Of a stretch of 41,786 bases of DNA, positions 19,349 through 28,527 are shown one piece after another. The translations under genes were made by a program, and so were the position numbers. Every line of letters begins with the position of its first letter. Position 1 is the stretch's first letter. The stretch comes from Bacteriovoracaceae bacterium (GTDB lineage: Bacteria > Bdellovibrionota > Bacteriovoracia > Bacteriovoracales > Bacteriovoracaceae), in NCBI GenBank assembly GCA_018649885.1, contig JABIHA010000044.1, forward strand, positions 1 to 41,786, given 5' to 3'. The notes beneath the pieces were generated by a model, which was not told the DNA's origin, made no database searches, and worked only from the letters and a program-made list of their open reading frames with translations.

Positions 19349-20109
19349 TCGAGGTTCTTCCTATTAAAAATAAGGGTTGAAACTAAAAAAAGAAAAAAAG
19401 AATAAAAAACAGCATATAAAAATGCCTGAATTAAAAAGCTGTCTGGCAAACTTTGCTCATAAAGTACATATGTCCTTAGATTGATTTTAGAAAAGTTTGG
19501 CAAGATAAACTCTATAAATTTAAGAAATGACTGCAATAAGGGTCGACTGACTGCAAAGGAAAGTGCTTTTGTTTCTCCTAGAGCATGACCAACAATATAG
19601 AAAAAAATTGTGAAAATGATTGAAAGCGTATTATTTGTAATAAGAGAGAAAAAAACTATGATTCCTAGGGCCATCATCGCTTCCAAGAAAATAAAAAGAA
19701 AGGTTGTGATCACTAACGTGTTAATTTCTCCCCCCAAAAAAGAGAAGAAACAAGTGGTGATCACACCAATAATAGAAATATTGATAAATAGTATTCCTCC
19801 CATCCCAATAATTCTTCCAACAATGAAAGCTTGCCTGCTAAGTGGTTTGGACAAAACCATATAGACTGTACGGTTTTCTATTTCTTTAGAAATTAATCCC
19901 ACCCCAAAGAAAGTAGCCATTCCGACTGAGGATAAGGATACAGCTCCTAATCCAAAATCAAGAGCAATCCGATGGGGTACTCCATAGGTGAATTCAGATG
20001 CTATATAAATTATTACAACTAGCCCAAGCCCTAGGAAGAGAGTATTGATAAGAACATTACTTTTGACTATCTCAACAAATGAGTACCTGGCTACAATTAA
20101 GGTTTTCAA
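19345..20109 (-). CDS. pilI: ABC transporter permease, PilI-like (Myxococcus nomenclature)
   Basis: About 6 TM helices; KEIENRTVYMVLSKPLSR ABC-2 motif; between the ABC ATPase and pilD. Confidence 0.8.
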   Translation of the reverse strand: MKTLIVARYSFVEIVKSNVLINTLFLGLGLVVIIYIASEFTYGVPHRIALDFGLGAVSLSSVGMATFFGVGLISKEIENRTVYMVLSKPLSRQAFIVGRIIGMGGILFINISIIGVITTCFFSFLGGEINTLVITTFLFIFLEAMMALGIIVFFSLITNNTLSIIFTIFFYIVGHALGETKALSFAVSRPLLQSFLKFIEFILPNFSKINLRTYVLYEQSLPDSFLIQAFLYAVFYSFFLFLVSTLIFNRKNLD

Positions 20110-21017
20110 AACTCTCCCACTTTATATATTACTTCTTCAAGCGTTGGCCTTTTCGGAGACAACTCCAGTATTGATATCTCACTTGCTAATAGGTTTCTAA
20201 TAGTTTTATTTTGATCAATTGTAAGAGTTGTAAACTTAAATTTTCCATCTCCAATTCCTGCAAATGAGTCGATTCCTATGGCGGTCAATTTCTCAGGAGA
20301 ACACTTGACCTTAAAAAGTACCTCGGACTTCATTTTAGACTTAATCAATTGATCAATTTGACCTTGATAAACAAGCTTTCCTTTTTCAATAAAAATTACT
20401 TGATCGCAAACTTCTTCAACATCAGAGATAATATGTGAAGAAAAAAACACTGTTTTTCCTAGGTCATTAATTTCTCTCATAGCATCTTTAAGCTCTTTCC
20501 TACCCACAGGGTCAAGACCAGATAGAGGCTCATCAAAGATAACCAATTGAGGATCGTGGATTAAAGAGATAACATAGCCAAGTCTTTGAAGCATTCCCTT
20601 ACTATAACCTCTTATCTTTCGATCGAACGCAAATCTAATTTTAAATCTTTCTCCCCACTTTGCAGATCTCTCCGCAATAGTTGATCTTTTTACTCCACAC
20701 AAGTCACCCATGTAATGAATAAATTCAAGTCCTGTTAGATGTGGATAAAAATATGGTCTTTCAGGTAAAAATCCAATATTGGAAACAATTTCATTCCAAG
20801 TAGACCCCAATGCCCTAGAATACTCAACCTCTCCACTGTTAGTGTTTATGAAGTTCATCAAAATTTTTAAAGATGTGGTCTTACCCGCGCCATTGGCGCC
20901 CAAAAAGCCCGTAATACAACCCTCTGGGATATTGAATGACAGAGAATCCAAAGCCAAAAAGCTTGGTTTCCAAAAATCCGGTTTAAATTCCTTAGTAATG
21001 TCTTTAAATGAAATCAT
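20106..21017 (-). CDS. pilH: ABC transporter ATP-binding protein, PilH-like (start revised to ATG 21017)
   Basis: Walker A GANGAGKTT; signature YSKGMLQR; Walker B VIFDEP; SSH. MISFKDITKEF is a typical start and removes the overlap with the + strand gene. Confidence 0.88.
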   Translation of the reverse strand: MISFKDITKEFKPDFWKPSFLALDSLSFNIPEGCITGFLGANGAGKTTSLKILMNFINTNSGEVEYSRALGSTWNEIVSNIGFLPERPYFYPHLTGLEFIHYMGDLCGVKRSTIAERSAKWGERFKIRFAFDRKIRGYSKGMLQRLGYVISLIHDPQLVIFDEPLSGLDPVGRKELKDAMREINDLGKTVFFSSHIISDVEEVCDQVIFIEKGKLVYQGQIDQLIKSKMKSEVLFKVKCSPEKLTAIGIDSFAGIGDGKFKFTTLTIDQNKTIRNLLASEISILELSPKRPTLEEVIYKVGEF

Positions 21018-21025
21018 TATCAAGT

Positions 21026-21054
21026 AGAATAGTATAAATACAAAGTTGTGACAA
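21026..21054 (-). promoter_or_regulatory. Sigma70-type promoter of pilH-pilI-pilD (probable leaderless or near-leaderless)
   Basis: TTGTCA (21054-21049), 17 nt spacer, TATTCT (21031-21026), then 8 nt to the ATG at 21017. Confidence 0.6.
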
Positions 21055-21056
21055 AA

Positions 21057-21881
21057 ATGATTTTTAAAACCTCGAAATTTTCTCAAGTAATATTAATTGT
21101 AGCAATCGCTTGCTGCTTTTTAATCCATGCTTTTTTAAACCAACACTCTACTCTTCCCCCCATTGATATCTCTATGCAAAAATCTGCTATTAATATCAAT
21201 CACGAGGCGCTAAAGCTATTTAGTATGGGACAAAAAAGATTAATAGTGGCTATTATGTGGATTAAAACATTGATTGATTCTGATCTTGAGCACTACAAAT
21301 CAAGAGATCTCAACTCTTGGATGTACTTAAGGTTCAAGTCAATTGTTGAGCTCGACCCACTCTTTTTACAGGCCTATCAATTTGGAGGTCAATATCTTTC
21401 CATCATTAAAGATGATGACTTAGGAGCTAAAGATATTTATGATCGCGGGTTAGAGCAATATTCAAAAAATCATAAGATCCTCGTCTATGGAGGACTTCAT
21501 TATTACTTTGAGCTAGATGACCCACAAGGAGCCTTAAAGTTTTGGAATCCACTAATTTTTCTCAACAAAGTGCCTTTTACTCTCAAAAGTTTAATCTCAA
21601 GAGTAAAAGCATCGAATGGGAGACTTGAAGACGCATACTCACTGATCTTAAAACTCTACAAAAGCACTCCCGAGGGTTCTGTCTTTAAGAAGAAATTTTC
21701 AGAAAACCTATATGCTATTAAATCTGAAATTGACTTGATTTGCTTAAATAGCCAGACAAACTCTATTCATTGTAATAAGAATGACTTTGATGGTGGGGCT
21801 TATCTTTATAATAAAACTGATGGAAAATATATTGCTAATAAAAAGTGGAAACCATTTAGGATTAAGACACGTGCCAAATAA
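21057..21881 (+). CDS. Membrane-anchored helical protein, PilG-like (Myxococcus/Bdellovibrio type); start 21048 GTG or 21057 ATG
   Basis: N-terminal TM; IVAIMWIKTLI and IVELDPLFLQAYQFGG TPR-like segment; occupies the pilG slot between pilA and pilH but is inverted. Confidence 0.6.
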   Translation: MIFKTSKFSQVILIVAIACCFLIHAFLNQHSTLPPIDISMQKSAININHEALKLFSMGQKRLIVAIMWIKTLIDSDLEHYKSRDLNSWMYLRFKSIVELDPLFLQAYQFGGQYLSIIKDDDLGAKDIYDRGLEQYSKNHKILVYGGLHYYFELDDPQGALKFWNPLIFLNKVPFTLKSLISRVKASNGRLEDAYSLILKLYKSTPEGSVFKKKFSENLYAIKSEIDLICLNSQTNSIHCNKNDFDGGAYLYNKTDGKYIANKKWKPFRIKTRAK

Positions 21882-21884
21882 TCG

Positions 21885-21909
21885 AAAAAGGAGAAGCCTA
21901 AGCTTCTCC
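21885..21909 (-). terminator. Rho-independent terminator of pilA, between convergent genes
   Basis: Minus strand GGAGAAGC-TTAG-GCTTCTCC-TTTTT. Confidence 0.85.
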
Positions 21910-21962
21910 CTATGACATATCTCTTAACCAGAAAGTGCTCCGTACTCTTTTTAAAATACTAA

Positions 21963-22541
21963 TTAATAACCAATTGAAGGATGCAAAATAACTTTGCTTT
22001 CGTTAATAGTCCATTGGTCATATTTTGCAGCTGCAACAACACTCGCATCTACAAACCCGCCTGCTCCTGATACATACTCTTCATAAAGTGAACCATCAGC
22101 ATCTGCATCATGTAACTTAGCAGTAGGTATTGGAGTCTCATCTGTAGGTACAGCTGCCCCACTAACTAACTTCCCGCCAATTCTGAAGGTTTCATTGGTC
22201 CCGACACATCCGCCAGTTCCCTTGGCCAGGTTCGCTGTAGCATTTTTAGCTGTATTAGTGCTGAATCCATATGTGTAATATGCGCTAGTATCAGTACCAT
22301 CTTCAAGTCCAAGAACTTCAAAACAATCTGAATAAGAATTGTATTCTGCCATGTACGATTCCTCAGCTGAATACATTGAAGCTAGAATAATTTTAGCTTC
22401 ACTTGTTTTAGCTTTAGCTTGGTATTTTTTAAAATTTGGAATTGCAACAGCTGCGAGCACACCAATAATCGCCACAACAACCATTAACTCCACGAGTGTG
22501 AACCCTTCCGAGCTCGAAAGACTTTTCTTGAAATTTTTCAT
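21963..22541 (-). CDS. pilA: Type IVa major pilin (start revised to ATG 22541; 192 aa prepilin)
   Basis: [37 protein letters not shown] class III signal; [19 protein letters not shown]; own terminator. Confidence 0.95.
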   Translation of the reverse strand: MKNFKKSLSSSEGFTLVELMVVVAIIGVLAAVAIPNFKKYQAKAKTSEAKIILASMYSAEESYMAEYNSYSDCFEVLGLEDGTDTSAYYTYGFSTNTAKNATANLAKGTGGCVGTNETFRIGGKLVSGAAVPTDETPIPTAKLHDADADGSLYEEYVSGAGGFVDASVVAAAKYDQWTINESKVILHPSIGY

Positions 22542-22674
22542 GTTCCTCTCCTTTGTTTCGTTAAAGATAGATTGAGACCACCTTTTAAACAAAATCGTTT
22601 CCAAGGATCGAGATATCATTTTTATCATTGAGAGATAAAAACTTGATCACTTTCCTTTCCGCATATTTTAAACC

Positions 22675-22702
22675 GAATCGGAATATCTCCAAGAAAAGTT
22701 TA
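22675..22702 (-). promoter_or_regulatory. Possible sigma28 (FliA)-type promoter of pilA
   Basis: TAAACTTT-N12-TCCGATTC versus consensus TAAAGTTT-N11-GCCGATAA. Confidence 0.4.
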
Positions 22703-22760
22703 ACTAAAATAATCAGGTATAAACAAAATTCAATGAAAACTAGTAGCTAACATATTGGAA

Positions 22761-23984
22761 TTATTCGCCAGCTCCACCTGCACTAACAAAAATCGGCATA
22801 TACATAGCAATCAGGATAAAACCAACGAATCCACCTAAAACGACCAGAATAAGTGGCTCTATCATAGTCGTCATCGTTTTAATGACTTCTCTTAATTCTC
22901 TTTCGAAGACATCAGCTATCTTTATCAACATTCCATCAACATTTCCGGTGCTCTCTCCAACTTTTATCATTTGGGCAACCATATCTGGAAAGTATTTAAT
23001 TCTCTGTAGGGGTTCAGTTAAAGTTTTTCCTTCAGTGACAGCTTTTCGAACACCTTTAAGGTCACTTGAAATAACTTCATTATCGATAGTTTGGATACAA
23101 ACATCTAGGGCATCTATTAAAGAGACACCTGAAGCCAGCATTGTTGCAAGCGTTCTGGTAAATGATGCAAGGTTCCCCTTAATCACAATCTGCCCAAAGA
23201 TAGGGGCTTTCATTATAATTTGGTCCCATACTGGTTTTGTTTGTGGGTTTTTCTTGAACTGTAAGAATCCTACAATTGCCCCAACCGTTCCTCCTATAAG
23301 GTACAAGATGTAATTTTGCATAAACTCAGAGATTTCCATTACTATTTGGGTTACTTGAGGAATTTCTTGACCATTACCCTCTAACATTTCAGCAAACTTA
23401 GGAACTACAAAGACCATCATTCCATAAATAACACAAATGCCCACAACAACAATTATTGAAGGGTAAGTCAAAGCACTTTTAATTTCACTTTTTATGGCCT
23501 CATTTTTATCCATGTACTCAACAAGTTTTTCTAGAATTTCATCCAAGATACCACCCGTCTCACCAGCGCGAACAAGATTGCAATAGAGTTTATCGAAACC
23601 TTGTTGTTCTTGCATCGCATCTGCTAGAGTTTTACCTCCGGCAACGCCAGAGTGGATATTTTTAATAGATTTTCTAAGAGAAGGGTTCTTTTCTTGTTTG
23701 TAGAGAATTTCTAAAGTTTGTAGTATTGGGACACCTGCGTTGGTCATAGTTGCAAGCTGTCTTGAAAAATTGACGAGCTCTTGGACACCAAAAGGTTTCG
23801 CCAGACCTTTTTCAACTAATAGCTCTCCAAGGTCAAGTTCTGTAAGTCCCGGGGGCGTTATGGCCGTAGGCCTTATCCCCTTGCCCCTAAGAACGCGGCG
23901 AACTTCTTTTTCACTTCGGCCTTCTTGGCGACCTTGCTTTCTTTTGCCTTCTTTATCGAATCCAACCCATTTGTAAGCAGGCAT
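22761..23984 (-). CDS. pilC: Type IV pilus platform protein PilC (GspF family)
   Basis: FSRQLATMTNAGVPI, AGETGGILD, IKSALTYP, VGESTGNVD, IEPL. Confidence 0.96.
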   Translation of the reverse strand: MPAYKWVGFDKEGKRKQGRQEGRSEKEVRRVLRGKGIRPTAITPPGLTELDLGELLVEKGLAKPFGVQELVNFSRQLATMTNAGVPILQTLEILYKQEKNPSLRKSIKNIHSGVAGGKTLADAMQEQQGFDKLYCNLVRAGETGGILDEILEKLVEYMDKNEAIKSEIKSALTYPSIIVVVGICVIYGMMVFVVPKFAEMLEGNGQEIPQVTQIVMEISEFMQNYILYLIGGTVGAIVGFLQFKKNPQTKPVWDQIIMKAPIFGQIVIKGNLASFTRTLATMLASGVSLIDALDVCIQTIDNEVISSDLKGVRKAVTEGKTLTEPLQRIKYFPDMVAQMIKVGESTGNVDGMLIKIADVFERELREVIKTMTTMIEPLILVVLGGFVGFILIAMYMPIFVSAGGAGE

Positions 23985-23987
23985 AAA

Positions 23988-25127
23988 TTAAAACCCGCCT
24001 TTTTTCTTACTAAGGCCAAGCATTTGAGCTAGCTCTTCAGGATTTGTAGCATGGGTCATTGCAGTGTCATTATCTATCAAGCCCTTGCTAACCGAGCGAA
24101 ATAAACTTTGATTCATGGTAATCATGCCAGTTGTATCTTGGCCCACTTGCATTTGTGAGTAAATTTGATGAATTTTATCTTCTCTAATTAAGTTTCTGAT
24201 GGCGGGTGTTGGTATCAAAATTTCTTGTGCTAGACACCTTCCAGGAGAAAAACTTTTTGGCAGAAGTTGTTGCGCCACAACCCCTTGTAAAACAAAAGAA
24301 AGAAGGGTCCTAATTTGGTCTTGTTGGTCAGCAGGAAAAACGTTGATGATCCTGTTAATAGTCTGCACACAAGAGTTGGTGTGGAGAGTTGCAAAAACGA
24401 CGTGACCAGTCTCAGCAACTGTCAGAGCAGCTTCAATTGTTTCAATATCTCGAAGCTCCCCTACCAAAACGATATCGGGGTCTTGTCTCAGAAGAGATTT
24501 AAGACCCTTGGCGAAGCTGAGAGTATCTGATCCAATTTCTCTTTGATTAACCACACAACCTTTGTGATTGTGAACAAACTCGATGGGGTCTTCCAGTGTG
24601 ATTATATGGCCGGTTTCATTGGTATTTAGTCTATCAATAAGAGACGCTAGAGTTGTCGATTTTCCTGAACCAGTAGGTCCCGTAACCAAAATGAGTCCAT
24701 TGGAAACATCTGTCATATTTAATAGTACATTGGGAAGACCGAGAGATTTGAAATCGGGAATTAAGTTTGGAATTGATCTAAAGACAGCGCTGAGACCGCC
24801 TTTTGAGAAAAAGACATTGGCCCTAAACCGAGAAAGTCCTTTAATTCCAAAAGAAAAATCTAGTTCAAAATTCTTTTCTAACTCGTCTGCCTGTTTTTCA
24901 TCAATAATGGGATAGACTAGGCGCTTAGTATCTTCTGGTCCCAGTACCCCCACCTTGATTCGGACCATTTCACCGTGAACTCTCATAGAGGGCTCATTGC
25001 CAACGCTTAGATGAAGATCCGAAGAGCCGTTATCAATCATCACTTTAAACAGCTGTTGAATCTTAATATCAGGATTAATTTTTTTGGTCTTGGTCAATGT
25101 ATGCGTGTGCGTTTTTTCTTCAGCCAC
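23988..25127 (-). CDS. pilT: Type IV pilus retraction ATPase
   Basis: GPTGSGKSTT, LRQDPD, TLHT and the PilT-specific AIRNLIRE. Confidence 0.97.
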   Translation of the reverse strand: MAEEKTHTHTLTKTKKINPDIKIQQLFKVMIDNGSSDLHLSVGNEPSMRVHGEMVRIKVGVLGPEDTKRLVYPIIDEKQADELEKNFELDFSFGIKGLSRFRANVFFSKGGLSAVFRSIPNLIPDFKSLGLPNVLLNMTDVSNGLILVTGPTGSGKSTTLASLIDRLNTNETGHIITLEDPIEFVHNHKGCVVNQREIGSDTLSFAKGLKSLLRQDPDIVLVGELRDIETIEAALTVAETGHVVFATLHTNSCVQTINRIINVFPADQQDQIRTLLSFVLQGVVAQQLLPKSFSPGRCLAQEILIPTPAIRNLIREDKIHQIYSQMQVGQDTTGMITMNQSLFRSVSKGLIDNDTAMTHATNPEELAQMLGLSKKKGGF

Positions 25128-25136
25128 CTTTACTCC

Positions 25137-26813
25137 CTAAACCACATCATCTGCACTAGATTTTGAAAGAGCTTCTTCAAGAGTTGTTACACCTTGAGCT
25201 ACCTTGGTCAGAGCACTCATTCGAAGCGTTTTCATTCCCTCTTTGATGGCCACTCTCTTGATTTCATCAGAGTTGGCCCCCTTAATAATTGCGTCTCTAA
25301 TAGCTGGACTGGCAGAGAGGACTTCATAAATGGCCACCCTTCCTTTGTATCCAGTTCCCGAGCACATATCGCAACCTTTTCCTTTAAATAACTTTATTTT
25401 ACCAGCAGAACTGGGTGCAATGCCAGCTTTTACTAGTTGATCTAAGGGAGCCTGTGTTGGCACCTTACAACTGGTGCAAATTCTTCGGCACAATCTTTGG
25501 GCCACAATGGTATTTAGTGAAGCTGTCACTAAAAATGGCTCTATTCCCATATTTAATAATCTTGTAATTGTTGAAGGTGCATCATTAGTGTGAAGAGTTG
25601 AGAGAACCAAGTGCCCTGTAAGAGCAGCTTCGATTGCGATTTCTCCAACTTCATAATCTCGAATTTCCCCAACCATGATAATATCTGGATCTTGTCTTAA
25701 AAATGCCTTAAGAGCGACTGGAAAAGTAAGGCCAGCATCTTTTCGAATGTTAACTTGATTAATTCCTTCAAGATTGAATTCAACAGGATCTTCTGCTGTA
25801 GAAATATTTGTATCTGGAGTGTTGAGCTCTGACAGAGATGAATATAGTGTTGTGGTTTTTCCCGAACCAGTAGGACCTGTTACCAGCACCATTCCATAAG
25901 GTTGATGAATACCGTGCTGGATAAACTCTAGCTGTTTTGGCTCAAGGCCTAGCTTGGTCATATCGAGTTCTAGATTTGATTGATCCAAAAGCCTTAGAAC
26001 TATCTTTTCACCAAATAGAGTTGGAAGAGAGGAAACCCTATAGTCAATGGGATTGCCACCGACCTTTAGTTTAATCCTTCCATCTTGTGGTTTTCTTTTT
26101 TCTGCAATATCCATTTGGGACATAATTTTAAATCTAGAGATCACTGGAAGCATCATCGCCTTCGGAGGGCTCATTACTTCAATGAGAGATCCATCCATAC
26201 GAAAGCGGATTCTAAATCTTCTTTCATATGGCTCAACGTGGATATCTGATGCCTTTTTTATAAATGCTTCTGCTAGAATTTTATTCACCATAGAAATAAT
26301 ATCATCACCAATATCTTCTTCTTTAATATCATTTTCTTTGGTTTCTGATCCTGCCCTTACCTCTTCAATACTTTCAAGAAGTTCATCAAGGCTTTCTTGA
26401 ATGGTGCCGTAGATACTTCGCCAAGCCGAAATCGTTGTAACAATGAGTTCAACCTTTGATCTTAAGGCCTTTTCCAAATCTGGCTTTATGTCAGAGATGG
26501 AAGCGTCGAAAGTGGCAAGGGTAAAGCTCGATGAGCTTTTTTGCATTGGTATAATTCGGTATTTTGTAATAACTGACTTTTTTAAAAGTGAGAGAATTTG
26601 TTGGGGAACCTTTGCGCCCTTTAGATCAATAAAATTTTCACCGTAATCTTTCGCCGTCATCGAGGCGAACTTCACTTCATCAAAGTGATCAAAATCAAGT
26701 AGATGAAATTCATCAACGACAGCGGGGTCTTTTTTTCCAAGGATAGTTCTTAGCTCTTTGAGCGTAACCATCCCAGTATTGGTGACCACATCTATGAATT
26801 CCTTGCGGAACAT
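25137..26813 (-). CDS. pilB: Type IV pilus assembly ATPase
   Basis: ASDIHVEP, PQDGRI, GPTGSGKTTT, RQDPDIIMVGEIRD, tetra-Cys Zn site, GYKGR. Confidence 0.96.
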   Translation of the reverse strand: MFRKEFIDVVTNTGMVTLKELRTILGKKDPAVVDEFHLLDFDHFDEVKFASMTAKDYGENFIDLKGAKVPQQILSLLKKSVITKYRIIPMQKSSSSFTLATFDASISDIKPDLEKALRSKVELIVTTISAWRSIYGTIQESLDELLESIEEVRAGSETKENDIKEEDIGDDIISMVNKILAEAFIKKASDIHVEPYERRFRIRFRMDGSLIEVMSPPKAMMLPVISRFKIMSQMDIAEKRKPQDGRIKLKVGGNPIDYRVSSLPTLFGEKIVLRLLDQSNLELDMTKLGLEPKQLEFIQHGIHQPYGMVLVTGPTGSGKTTTLYSSLSELNTPDTNISTAEDPVEFNLEGINQVNIRKDAGLTFPVALKAFLRQDPDIIMVGEIRDYEVGEIAIEAALTGHLVLSTLHTNDAPSTITRLLNMGIEPFLVTASLNTIVAQRLCRRICTSCKVPTQAPLDQLVKAGIAPSSAGKIKLFKGKGCDMCSGTGYKGRVAIYEVLSASPAIRDAIIKGANSDEIKRVAIKEGMKTLRMSALTKVAQGVTTLEEALSKSSADDVV

Positions 26814-26845
26814 AATTGTCCTTTTAAAAACACTACTTTAGAGAA

Positions 26846-26872
26846 TTTTCGGTACTTCATGACCAAACTTAA
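26846..26872 (-). promoter_or_regulatory. Sigma28 (FliA)-type promoter of pilB-pilT-pilC
   Basis: TTAAGTTT-N11-ACCGAAAA: 7/8 and 6/8 matches to TAAAGTTT-N11-GCCGATAA with exact spacing, 32 nt upstream of the ATG. Confidence 0.6.
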
Positions 26873-26914
26873 CGTTTTCCAGCTATTAGATTTAGGGAGA
26901 CCAAGAATTACCTG

Positions 26915-27601
26915 TTAACCGTTTATATTGGTAAAGAATTTGTAGGCGTGCTCGCCTTGGGAGTAGAGAAATTCAAAGCCATCAATATAACTTGAACTGC
27001 ATTTCAAGATTTTATCTTTTTGTTCAGGGCGGTTGTAGTTGTAGTCCCAGAAGATTGAGCCACTAGGGAGGGTAAACTCGAAGAGGTAATTTCTGGAAAT
27101 GCAGTTTATTAAAAATACTGGGTGGCATTTTTGAGTAAAAAAGTCGGAGTTTAGGTTTCCTGCCTTTCTTGAAACCACCTCAAAGCTAATTTTCTTTTCA
27201 CTCAGGTACTCTGCGGTCATCTTGGACATTGATCCATCACCTAGTAAAACGACGTGATCAAAAGAGTTTGTGAAGTATTTTGGAAAAAGTGAGCATAAGG
27301 CCAACCAATCAGTATTAGTGGCAAAAAATCCATCATCACTTTGGGCGATGGCATTTATGCAATCAAGCTTTTTCACAAGGGGGTCTTCAATTTGAACGTG
27401 GTCTAGGTAAACTCTTTTATAAGGTGCCGTTATGCTAAGTCCATCTAAATTGTTTTCAGAAAAAAGGGTTTCAATTTGAGGGATATCACCAGCTGTGGGG
27501 TAATCCAAAAGTTTGTAATTGACCGTACCGCCAGAAATCTTTTCATAAATTTCAGGTGATCTAGAGTGGGAAATGTCTTTTCCTAGTAGGGCTAGATTCA
27601 T
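26915..27601 (-). CDS. aroE: Shikimate dehydrogenase-like, short and divergent
   Basis: HSRSP, GLSITAPYK, NTD, DYNY and DGFEFLYSQG motifs. Confidence 0.8.
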   Translation of the reverse strand: MNLALLGKDISHSRSPEIYEKISGGTVNYKLLDYPTAGDIPQIETLFSENNLDGLSITAPYKRVYLDHVQIEDPLVKKLDCINAIAQSDDGFFATNTDWLALCSLFPKYFTNSFDHVVLLGDGSMSKMTAEYLSEKKISFEVVSRKAGNLNSDFFTQKCHPVFLINCISRNYLFEFTLPSGSIFWDYNYNRPEQKDKILKCSSSYIDGFEFLYSQGEHAYKFFTNING

Positions 27602-28527
27602 TATAGTCCAAAATATCTTTTTGCATGCACAACATCTTCTTTAATCTGGACAATGAGATCATTGACGCTATTAAATTTCTTTTCATCTCGCAGTTTTTTA
27701 ACAAAATCCACCATGATATTTTCACCATAAATATCTTTATCAAAATCTAATATATGAGTCTCAACACTTAGTGTTTCGCGGTGACCAAAGGTGGGATTTA
27801 GTCCAATATTTGTCAGACTACAATATTTCATTTCTTTATAGTTGGTTCTGGTAATGTAAACACCCCGCTCAGGAGTTATTCGTTTACTTGAAAAGGAAAT
27901 ATTAGCAGTGGGGAAGCCAATTTGTCGGCCTCTTCCCTCTCCCTTTACCACTCCTCCCGAGATGAAGTAATTTCGACCAAGGTATTTGTTGGCCGATTCA
28001 ATGTCACCTTCACACAATGAGTTTCTCACCATTGTTGAAGATATCACCTCTCCTTCAAGGGAGAACTCTGATTGTCTTTGCACTTCTACGTTTTTCTTAG
28101 CGCAGTAAGAACAGATTGAATCAAAGTTTCCTATCTTATTGGAACCAAAGACAAAGTCGTAACCAAGTATTAGTTGGGAAATTGTTGGTCCGCAAAAAAT
28201 ATCTTTTTCTAAAAAGTCCTCAGGTGTTGTTGTGCTGAAGTCTCTAGTAAAGGGCATCTCTATAATATAGTCAGCACCATGTGCCTCAAGTAGGCATCGC
28301 CTTTCATTGTAAGTATTTATAAGATAGGAGCTTTCAGAAGGTCTTAGTATTTCGTGGGGATGAGGGACAAAAGTCATCACTGCTACTTTTGTCTTATTTT
28401 TATCAGCACTGCTTTTCAGTAGTTTTAAAAGGTGCTGATGACCTAAGTGAAGGCCATCGAAATTTCCAATGGTCAAAGAGATTGCAACTGAATTATCAAT
28501 TTCATTTATGTGATTTACTATTTCCAT
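27601..28527 (-). CDS. ribF: Bifunctional riboflavin kinase / FAD synthetase
   Basis: IGNFDGLHLGH, GRQIGFPTAN, NIGLNPTF, VETHILDF, LRDEKKF. Confidence 0.97.
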   Translation of the reverse strand: MEIVNHINEIDNSVAISLTIGNFDGLHLGHQHLLKLLKSSADKNKTKVAVMTFVPHPHEILRPSESSYLINTYNERRCLLEAHGADYIIEMPFTRDFSTTTPEDFLEKDIFCGPTISQLILGYDFVFGSNKIGNFDSICSYCAKKNVEVQRQSEFSLEGEVISSTMVRNSLCEGDIESANKYLGRNYFISGGVVKGEGRGRQIGFPTANISFSSKRITPERGVYITRTNYKEMKYCSLTNIGLNPTFGHRETLSVETHILDFDKDIYGENIMVDFVKKLRDEKKFNSVNDLIVQIKEDVVHAKRYFGL

